A program made the position numbers and the translations under genes. A stretch of DNA of 64,000 nt from Desulfobacterales bacterium (GTDB taxonomy: Bacteria; Desulfobacterota; Desulfobacteria; Desulfobacterales; UBA5852): contig CAXXVS010000002.1 in the NCBI GenBank assembly GCA_963674755.2, positions 1,088,001 to 1,152,000 on the forward strand. Direction: 5' to 3'. Every line of letters begins with the position of its first letter. Position 1 is the first letter of the stretch. Positions 56,754 through 64,000 of this stretch are shown piece after piece. The notes below the pieces were generated by a model, which saw nothing but the letters and a program-made list of their open reading frames with translations, did not search any database and was not told the DNA's origin.

Positions 56754-57659
56754 ATGCTGTCACCGCGACTCAAGGCACTTGTCCGTCACATTGATGATCT
56801 TCCTACCCTGCCCCGGACGGTTTTCCGCATCACGGAAATGATCAACAATCCCGGCGCGTCCGCCCGCGACCTGGCGAGCGTCATCACAGACGACCAGGTC
56901 CTTACGGCACGTCTGCTGCGATTGGTCAATTCCTCTTTCTATGGGTTTCCCCAGCGCATTTCAACGGTCACCCGAGCCATCGTATTGCTGGGCTTTGATG
57001 CCATTCGCCATCTTCTGCTAACCACTTCGGTGTTTGATGTGTTCTCGAATCGCAATCAAGAAACGACGTCTAGCCATGAAGACCTCTGGGATCACTCGCT
57101 GGGCTGCGCCGTGGCGGCCAAGGTCATCGGCCGACATATCCGTCACGAGAAAATTGAAGAATTGTTTGTCTGCGCCCTGCTCCATGATATCGGCAAAATC
57201 GTATCCATGGTGTACGCCCCCGATGATTATTATGCTGCCGTCCGCCTGGCCGCTGAAAAGAATAGTCTGCTGATCGAGGCGGAAACAGAACTTTTCGAGT
57301 TTACCCACACTGACACCGGCCGCCTGTTGGCGGAACGGTGGCACCTGCCGGCCATGGTCACCGAGGTCATCGTACACCATCACACACCCGGCCAAGCCGG
57401 CGCTTTCGTTCGGGATGCAACCATCGTTCACCTGGCGGATATTCTCTGCCGTGCGCTGCGATACGGTTCCGGTGGCGACAATCGTATTCCGGCTCTCGAT
57501 CAATGCGTTTGCGACCTGCTTAATATCCAAAAAGATCAAATCGATACGCTGTTGCGTGAAATTGAAGCAGGCTTTAATGACATCCGTCCGTTCACCGAGG
57601 CGATCACAACAGCGGCGTCCGATGGGCATAAGGCGGTGGTGACGCCTGTCATCTTTTAG
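56754..57659 (+). CDS. HDOD-domain protein
   Basis: LPTLP, DQVLTARLLRLVNSSFY, LWDHS, LLHDIGK, WHLP, HH. Confidence 0.92.
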   Translation: MLSPRLKALVRHIDDLPTLPRTVFRITEMINNPGASARDLASVITDDQVLTARLLRLVNSSFYGFPQRISTVTRAIVLLGFDAIRHLLLTTSVFDVFSNRNQETTSSHEDLWDHSLGCAVAAKVIGRHIRHEKIEELFVCALLHDIGKIVSMVYAPDDYYAAVRLAAEKNSLLIEAETELFEFTHTDTGRLLAERWHLPAMVTEVIVHHHTPGQAGAFVRDATIVHLADILCRALRYGSGGDNRIPALDQCVCDLLNIQKDQIDTLLREIEAGFNDIRPFTEAITTAASDGHKAVVTPVIF

Positions 57660-57686
57660 TCTATAGCCACTTAAGCGAGCCGTTAT

Positions 57687-58943
57687 ATGAATTTGCCCCT
57701 TCCTGAAAGCGCTATTCTCGCCTTTGTTGATAAAGTGGAGGATCTCAGTCTTTTCCAGGACCGCATCGAAAAACCATCCCGCATCCCCCAAATCTGGGAC
57801 GCTTTTCGAGAAGAGATCGAGCGACAGATAAAATCGACGGCCATTGCCTTGTTTCTGGTTGACCATAAAACGCGCAGCTTTGAGTTACGCCACTGGGCAC
57901 CCCTTGATTGTGAAAGCCCGTGTCGCCGCGAAGTCGATGCGCAAATCGAATGCGGCACTTTTGCCTGGATCATCAACCGCCGACTACCGGCGGTTATACC
58001 GTCACAGGTTTTCAGAGGCCCCCAGACCCTTGTCATGCTGCCCCTGGCAACCCATGCCCGAACACTTGGCGTTGCCATGGTCACGACGACGATCGAAGAA
58101 CAAGCCGTAACCCATGAACGTCTGCGCCTTTTGGGTATTTTATCCAAGCAATGCGCGTTGGTGATGGAGAACACCCTGCTTTACGATCAATTGAAAACGG
58201 AACACGCTTCCCTGCAGGCCGCGCAGGCGCAAATCATCCAGGCGGAAAAATTTGCCGCGTTTGGGAGGCTTACATCAGGCGCCTTCCATGAATTGCTGAA
58301 CCCTCTTAACATTATCAGCGGTCACCTGCAGCTCATGATGATGGCCGAAGATCTTAAGCAACCCTGGAGTGACGACCTCTTCTCAATGAAATCGGCCTCA
58401 GACCGTATTGCGGCCATTGTCAACAGTCTGCTGAAATTCTCCTCGAAGCGCGCCTCGAAAGGCGTTGCGATTGACGTCGCTGAGGCGCTTCGGCAACTGC
58501 TCGAAGACGTCAAAGCCCGTCGACCGGAGCGCCCTGTTGCAATTGAAATGTCATGCGAACCGGGGTTGCCCCCGATAACGGCTTATGAAGAAGATTTCAA
58601 AACCGTTCTTAATCATCTTTTAGACAACGCCTTCGATGCCATGCCGGAAGGGGGAACACTTCAAATTGGGGTTGGATATGCCACAATTACGATAGAGGAA
58701 AATGACGTCCGACAGGCCCTTGAAATCCGTGTGACCGACAGCGGATGCGGCATTTCGGAATCCAATACGCACAAGGTATTCGATCCCTTTTTCACGACCA
58801 AGGCCGTAGGAGAAGGAATGGGATTGAGCCTTGCCGTCAGCTATGCGCTGGTGTGTGCCATGGGAGGAACGCTCGCCTTCAAAAGCGCCGAAAATGATGG
58901 GACCGAGTTCTACATTCGACTGCCGATCGACACATCGCCCTAA
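57687..58943 (+). CDS. GAF-like sensor histidine kinase
   Basis: HELLNPL, NAFDAM, DSGCG, FDPFFTTK, GMGLSL. Confidence 0.9.
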   Translation: MNLPLPESAILAFVDKVEDLSLFQDRIEKPSRIPQIWDAFREEIERQIKSTAIALFLVDHKTRSFELRHWAPLDCESPCRREVDAQIECGTFAWIINRRLPAVIPSQVFRGPQTLVMLPLATHARTLGVAMVTTTIEEQAVTHERLRLLGILSKQCALVMENTLLYDQLKTEHASLQAAQAQIIQAEKFAAFGRLTSGAFHELLNPLNIISGHLQLMMMAEDLKQPWSDDLFSMKSASDRIAAIVNSLLKFSSKRASKGVAIDVAEALRQLLEDVKARRPERPVAIEMSCEPGLPPITAYEEDFKTVLNHLLDNAFDAMPEGGTLQIGVGYATITIEENDVRQALEIRVTDSGCGISESNTHKVFDPFFTTKAVGEGMGLSLAVSYALVCAMGGTLAFKSAENDGTEFYIRLPIDTSP

Positions 58944-58987
58944 TCGTTTGAACTGCCCGCCAGTACTTTTTATGGGCTATTTTAGTC

Positions 58988-59014
58988 TAAAGGAAATGCG
59001 GTATCAGCCGATAT
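58988..59014 (+). promoter_or_regulatory. sigma28 promoter for cheX-REC
   Basis: TAAA-N15-GCCGATAT. Confidence 0.8.
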
Positions 59015-59065
59015 GGGGTACAGAACATTTCAACCGGGTGACATCACAAGAAGGGACAATAAACG

Positions 59066-59539
59066 ATGGAATTAGCAACCTTTGATCTGCCCATTTTTCT
59101 CCGGGGAGCAACCCGGGAAGTGTTTGATACGATGTTATCCATGGAATTGAACGAACAGGATACCCTGTCCTTGGCGGACGGTAGCCGCATTGTGGGGTCC
59201 GTCAGTCTCGCCGGCAGCGTCTCAGGCACGGTCAATATCCATGTCAGTGACACTTTTGCGGCTCAGATTACAGCAAACATGCTCGGTATGGAGATCGATG
59301 AGATCGAAAGCGACGAAGAAGTCCATGACGTCATCGGTGAACTGAGCAACATGATTGGCGGCGATTTGAAATCCCGTCTGTGCGATGCCGGGTTCATCTG
59401 TGAACTTTCCATTCCGTCAATCACATCCGGCAGGGACTTCAACATCGAGTCGAAGGGCTGGGCGGTAAAAGAATCGGTCTGTTTTCAATATCAGGACCAC
59501 ATCGCGTTGATCGAGGCCTTTATCAAAAACGGCGGATAA
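59066..59539 (+). CDS. cheX: CheX-family phosphatase
   Basis: DVIGELSNMIGG (ExxN), LSIPSI. Confidence 0.88.
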   Translation: MELATFDLPIFLRGATREVFDTMLSMELNEQDTLSLADGSRIVGSVSLAGSVSGTVNIHVSDTFAAQITANMLGMEIDEIESDEEVHDVIGELSNMIGGDLKSRLCDAGFICELSIPSITSGRDFNIESKGWAVKESVCFQYQDHIALIEAFIKNGG

Positions 59540-59562
59540 GCCGCCGCATTAGGAGGAAAACG

Positions 59563-60306
59563 ATGGGATTAAAAATTTTGACGGTCGATGACAGCAAGAC
59601 CATACGCATGATCGTTAAAAAAGCGTTCCGCCCCTATGATTGTCAGATTGTCGAGGGCGAAAACGGGGTGGAGGGACTGGCCCTGGCATCCAAGGAGAAG
59701 CCGGATCTGATCATTCTCGACATTACCATGCCCGTGATGAATGGGGCTGAAATGTTGTCCAAGATGAAGGAAGAGCCTGATCTCAAAAATATTCCGGTGA
59801 TTATGCTGACGGCCGAAGCCGGCAAAGACAATGTGATGAAAATCGTCCAGATGGGGGTCAAGGACTACATGGTCAAACCCTTCAAGGGGGAGCAGCTCAT
59901 CGAACGCGTTACCAAAATTATGCCGCTGTCAGAGAAAAAGGCGGAAGCGCCGGCGGAAGAAGAGAGCAGCAAATATTTTAATCTCGATGGTGATATTCAG
60001 CTGCTCGCCGTTCCTTCTAAAATTTTACGCCCCACGATCGTCGACGTTGAATCCCAGCTCAAGCCCAAACTCAAAGAGATGTCCAGCGGCGGCATTAAAA
60101 AAATGATTCTGGATCTTTCGAAAATTACCGAAACCAATGTCTCTCTGATCAAGCTGATCATCACCATACTTGACAATTGCCAACTGGCCGGCGTCAAGGT
60201 TCTTACGGTCGCCAGTGCCAGTCTTGGCAAGGAGCTTAAAGAATTTCAGGAAACAGGCAATATCCCCATTCATTTTTCCATCGACGATGCCAAAGCCGCC
60301 TTCTAG
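59563..60306 (+). CDS. Response regulator with C-terminal STAS-like domain
   Basis: REC (VDDS, LDITMP, LTAE, KPF); C-terminus MILDLSKI...IHFSIDDAKAAF. Confidence 0.8.
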   Translation: MGLKILTVDDSKTIRMIVKKAFRPYDCQIVEGENGVEGLALASKEKPDLIILDITMPVMNGAEMLSKMKEEPDLKNIPVIMLTAEAGKDNVMKIVQMGVKDYMVKPFKGEQLIERVTKIMPLSEKKAEAPAEEESSKYFNLDGDIQLLAVPSKILRPTIVDVESQLKPKLKEMSSGGIKKMILDLSKITETNVSLIKLIITILDNCQLAGVKVLTVASASLGKELKEFQETGNIPIHFSIDDAKAAF

Positions 60307-60524
60307 TATACCCGTTGCGAATTGACATGCCTGTCGACCGATCATTCCGACTGGTTTCAAGCCTCTCCTAATTCAACAAAGGGGGGCTGGAATCAGTTGG
60401 ATGACCGGGGAGCAGTCCGGCATCGTAGGTGTTGATGCCGCAATCCCTGAAAAAGCCCCCTCAGCTAAAACTAAGGCCCCCCGTCTGTTCAACCTCAACC
60501 GCACCACCCGCGTGGAAAATATCA

Positions 60525-60713
60525 GTGTTCATCCAGCGATGATAGATTTTGGTTTCTGGCTGGGCCCAAGCGCGTTTTCCCGCTCTGCGGGACTTCCTGT
60601 CTGATTGATGCCCATCGGTGGGTGTCAAGCGGAGGAATAGCGCGCCATTTCGAGGATTGAAAACAAGTGAGAACGCCGCCAGGCGCCGAAAGATGCCATT
60701 TATGGATGGACAC
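60525..60713. repeat. Small palindromic repeat / MITE-like element, copy B (189 bp, with internal insert)
   Basis: GTGTTCATCCA / TGGATGGACAC termini; shares GATG.TAGATTTTGGTTT and AAAGA.GCCA..TATGGATG with copy A. Confidence 0.75.
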
Positions 60714-60760
60714 GATCAAACGGGATCAAATCATACCCGGCCCTTCTTTTGGTTTAAATC

Positions 60761-60787
60761 TAAAGTTTTCCTATTAAATACCGATAG
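60761..60787 (+). promoter_or_regulatory. Putative sigma28 promoter for HDOD-kinase pair
   Basis: TAAA-N15-ACCGATAG. Confidence 0.6.
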
Positions 60788-60929
60788 TTTTCCATGATGG
60801 CGTATAGGTAGGCCACCCTGTCTATCGTTTCATCGGAGGTCATCACTGGTGTTTGCGATCAAACATGTGAAACGGAAAATGGAATGCGTGCCGTTACGGC
60901 CATACGATTTTCGGATTTAAGCCGTAAGA

Positions 60930-61883
60930 ATGACACATGACAAGCAAGCATCAACGGTTTTTCTAACGGTCGCCCTGCCGGCCATTCAATGGGACTGTAC
61001 TGAAATGAAGATACCCCCCAAAGCCATTGTTCCCCTCAATGACTTGATTGATCAGGTCAATCGATCCAACATTTCAACCATTGGCAGTGTCGTCGCACGG
61101 ATTATCGCCGTCATCAACAATCCCGATGCAACCGCCAAAGAACTCGTCGAGATCATTCTGACCGATCCGCCCCTGGCTGCCAATGTTCTGCGACTGGTGA
61201 ATTCCGCCTATTGCGCTCCCAAAAATAAAATTGCCGATATTCAACAGGCGGTGATTTTTATCGGTTTTGAAGCCCTTAAAGAGCTTGCCTTGAATCAGAA
61301 AGTTTGTGAAATTTTTAAGCGAAACCAGAACATTAACGGCTATTCCCGCGCCCGACTGTGGAAACACAGTGTGGCGGTTGCTCTGTTCAGCAAAATGATC
61401 TATAGACGAGAATTCGCACAAAGAGGTGAAAACGCTTACGCGGTAGGGCTATTGCATGATTTGGGCATCATCATCGAAGACCAGTTTCAGAACGAAATCC
61501 TGACCCATATTCTTGAAACAGCTTCCACCAGAGATATCGCCCTTGTCAGCGCCGAACGGGAAGTGCTGGGGTATGATCATGCCCAGATCGGTATGGCACT
61601 GGCGGAAAACTGGAAGTTACCGGCAGAGATTACCATGGGTATCGGATACCACCACAATCCAGAGCAGGCACCGGATGCTTGCGTGCCGTTCACCCGCGTA
61701 ATCCATATTGCCAATGCGAGCTGCCAGAAAAACGATATCGGCTATTGCGATGCAACCCAGCAGGATGAGGGTCTGTTCAACCAGTGCCGGCAAGCACTCA
61801 ACCTCGAACCTCACGCCCTCGACTTGATCATGCAGGAAGTCCAACAAAAGCTCACTGAAATGGAAGCCGAAGGCGTACTATAG
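60930..61883 (+). CDS. HDOD-domain protein
   Basis: DPPLAANVLRLVNSAY, LWKHS, GLLHDLG, WKLP, YHH; alternative start 61005. Confidence 0.9.
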   Translation: MTHDKQASTVFLTVALPAIQWDCTEMKIPPKAIVPLNDLIDQVNRSNISTIGSVVARIIAVINNPDATAKELVEIILTDPPLAANVLRLVNSAYCAPKNKIADIQQAVIFIGFEALKELALNQKVCEIFKRNQNINGYSRARLWKHSVAVALFSKMIYRREFAQRGENAYAVGLLHDLGIIIEDQFQNEILTHILETASTRDIALVSAEREVLGYDHAQIGMALAENWKLPAEITMGIGYHHNPEQAPDACVPFTRVIHIANASCQKNDIGYCDATQQDEGLFNQCRQALNLEPHALDLIMQEVQQKLTEMEAEGVL

Positions 61884-61893
61884 ACGCGCACTC

Positions 61894-63642
61894 ATGGAAC
61901 CGTCCCATTCATCAGAAGAAGATAGGATCAGGCCGCTAGAAACCAAAATCCGTCATCTGCAAAACGAACTCGATCTGACCCAGACGGAATATCAAAACCT
62001 GATCGATAATTATTTCAACATCTTCTCCAACATGGAAAAGATGGTCGAAGAGCGTACGCGTGAGTTAAATCAAGTCAAGTCACAACTGGAGGTCAAGACC
62101 CGCGAACTCCAGATTATGCTCGATGCGTCGCCGGCCCTGATTTTTTACAAAGACACCCGGGGCCGCTATATCCGTGCCAACCGCAAATTTTCCGATTTTC
62201 TGGATATTCCCATTACCGAGATCATTGGGAAAACTCATCACGATCTCCTTCCCGACAGCAATGAGCCCATCTTTTTAAACGACGAAGACGTTCTCTCATC
62301 CGGTCAGCCGATCCTGGGCCAATACAGCCATGTCAATACGCCGGCTGGCCGCAAGCCCATGATAATCGACAAAATTCCGAATAAGGATGCAAGGGGCAAT
62401 GTCATCGGCATCATCGGCTTTGCCACGGATATGTCCGAGCAGGAAAGAGCCCAGAAAGAGAAGCTCGAATTACAGGAGCGATTGGCCCGCTCCCAGAAAA
62501 TGGAATCCATCGGACTGCTGGCAGGCGGCGTGGCCCATGATCTCAACAATGTCCTGACCGGCTTTGTCAGCTATCCGGAATACCTCCTCATGGAACTTCC
62601 GGAAAACAGTCCGTTGCGCGATCCCATTTTGACCATCCAGGAGTCCGGGAAGAAAGCCGCCGCCATTGTGCAAGACCTGCTGACCCTTGCCCGCCGCGGC
62701 GTTACCCATACCGAGGTGCTCAACCTCAATGAGATCGTTACCAGCTATGTCGCATCTCCCGAACATCAGCGAATGGCATCCGATACCAGCCGCGTGCGCC
62801 TGGAGATGCGTTTGGGGGGCGATCTGCTCAACATCAAGGGCTCAGGCGTCCACCTGCGTAAAACCATCATGAATCTGGTGTTCAATGCCTTTGAGTCCCA
62901 GTCGGACGAAGGCCAGGGCCAGGTCGTCATCCGAACTTTCAACCGCTACGTCGACAAGTCATTGAAGGGCTATGACAACGTCCAAGAGGGCGACTACGCC
63001 GTTCTGGAAGTCCAGGATCACGGGATCGGGATAGCGGCTGAAGACTTGAACCGCATCTTCGAGCCCTTCTATACCCGCAAGGCGATGGGACGCAGTGGGA
63101 CCGGTTTGGGGATGGCGGTGGTCTGGGGAACGGTTCAAGACCACAAGGGCTACATCGACGTGGAGAGTATTGTTGGGGAGGGCAGCGTTTTTCGGCTCTA
63201 TTTCCCGGCCACCCGCGAAGCGGCCAGCTGCGGGGCCGATCCGATCCCCATTCAGGCCTACATGGGGCGCGGCGAGCGCATCCTTGTCGTCGACGATATC
63301 AAGGAACAGCGCGAAATCGCCACGAGCCTGCTGGGACGGTTGAATTACAAGGTCGAAAGCGTGGCCAGCGGCCTGGACGCCCTTGAATACCTCAAGCGCA
63401 AAACGTCTGATCTGGTGATCCTGGATATGATCATGGAACCGGGCATCGACGGCCTGGAAACCTACCGCCGTATTCTATCCATACGGCCGAAGCAGCGCGC
63501 CATCATCGCCAGCGGCTATTCGGAAACCCAGCGTGTGCACGAAGCCCAGCGGCTCGGTGCGGGCACCTACGTGCGCAAACCTTACATGCTCGAAACAATC
63601 GGCTTGGCTGTGCGCCGGGAGTTGGATCGACCGGCGGCTTAG
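61894..63642 (+). CDS. PAS hybrid histidine kinase (PAS-HisKA-HATPase-REC)
   Basis: PAS (FYKD..GRY..AN), GGVAHDLNN, FEPFYT, GTGLG, C-terminal receiver. Confidence 0.93.
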   Translation: MEPSHSSEEDRIRPLETKIRHLQNELDLTQTEYQNLIDNYFNIFSNMEKMVEERTRELNQVKSQLEVKTRELQIMLDASPALIFYKDTRGRYIRANRKFSDFLDIPITEIIGKTHHDLLPDSNEPIFLNDEDVLSSGQPILGQYSHVNTPAGRKPMIIDKIPNKDARGNVIGIIGFATDMSEQERAQKEKLELQERLARSQKMESIGLLAGGVAHDLNNVLTGFVSYPEYLLMELPENSPLRDPILTIQESGKKAAAIVQDLLTLARRGVTHTEVLNLNEIVTSYVASPEHQRMASDTSRVRLEMRLGGDLLNIKGSGVHLRKTIMNLVFNAFESQSDEGQGQVVIRTFNRYVDKSLKGYDNVQEGDYAVLEVQDHGIGIAAEDLNRIFEPFYTRKAMGRSGTGLGMAVVWGTVQDHKGYIDVESIVGEGSVFRLYFPATREAASCGADPIPIQAYMGRGERILVVDDIKEQREIATSLLGRLNYKVESVASGLDALEYLKRKTSDLVILDMIMEPGIDGLETYRRILSIRPKQRAIIASGYSETQRVHEAQRLGAGTYVRKPYMLETIGLAVRRELDRPAA

Positions 63643-63672
63643 CCTCGACGAATGGTGTGTTCAGATTTGGAT

Positions 63673-63694
63673 GGGGGGCACGTCAGTGCCCCCC
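63673..63694. terminator. Stem-loop terminator between convergent genes
   Basis: GGGGGGCAC-GTCA-GTGCCCCCC. Confidence 0.6.
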
Positions 63695-63734
63695 TTGTAG
63701 ATTGGATGAGTGCGGATATTTGTTTGCCAATCAA

Positions 63735-64000
63735 TCACCGTGCGCCGCTTACGGCCACCGCCACGCTGAAAACCTGATCGATTATCGAGACCGCCACGTT
63801 GAAATTGCCATCATCATAACGCTCATCACTGCTGTAGTGATGGTAGACGTGCTTTTCAACCACCGGCCTTTTGCGGTCGTAGTCCCGGCGGTGATCCTGC
63901 CCCTGATGCCGATATTCCCGGCGCTGTTGGTAGCGGTTCCGGTGGGGGTTGCCCTTGCCCTTTTCCCAGCCGTAATGGTTCCCTGGAGGGGTTTTGTAGG
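63735..64000 (-). CDS. 3' end of a hypothetical His/Arg/Tyr-rich protein (starts outside the window)
   Basis: Manual translation ...YKTPPGNHYGWEKGKGNPHRNRYQQRREYRH...VAVSGAR*. Confidence 0.55.
   Translation of the reverse strand, partial: YKTPPGNHYGWEKGKGNPHRNRYQQRREYRHQGQDHRRDYDRKRPVVEKHVYHHYSSDERYDDGNFNVAVSIIDQVFSVAVAVSGAR

Noticed and set aside
1..64000. CRISPR arrays, tRNA/rRNA genes, transposases, integrases
   Set aside because: No regularly spaced repeats, RNA gene signatures or recombinase motifs were seen by eye

Overview
This 64-kb window is a flagellar supercluster, probably from a Desulfobacterota / Desulfosarcina-like sulfate reducer (inferred from gene style, not from a marker gene). 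(1) 1-15.9 kb, minus strand: basal body, export and hook genes (sigma54 response regulator-flgBC-fliEFGHIJ, fliK-flgDE, fliLMNOPQR). (2) 16.3-22.4 kb: signalling block with GGDEF, lytic transglycosylase, PilZ, receiver and hybrid kinase genes. (3) 23.0-51.6 kb: a ~28.6-kb nonulosonic-acid-type glycosylation island in two sigma54 operons, ending in a Maf-like gene and a 3481-aa multi-glycosyltransferase/TPR protein with a near-perfect 1011-bp internal duplication. (4) 51.9-55.5 kb: flaF-flbT, a flagellin-derived ORF lacking its D0 ends, and two near-identical short alphaproteobacterial-type flagellins with sigma28 promoters. (5) 56-63.6 kb: sigma28-linked REC/HDOD/kinase/CheX genes. The most striking feature is a sigma54 sub-operon that places a DAHP synthase-chorismate mutase fusion (a prephenate source) directly before a CmoA-like (carboxy-SAM synthase family) gene, alongside a deacetylase, a SAM transferase and flagellin-type glycosyltransferases. 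This suggests prephenate/carboxy-SAM-dependent modification of a flagellar glycan (hypothesis). Also visible are six sigma54 and several sigma28 promoters, two classes of upstream palindromes, and three copies of a small palindromic repeat element. All functional calls come from recognising motifs by eye; no database searches were run.
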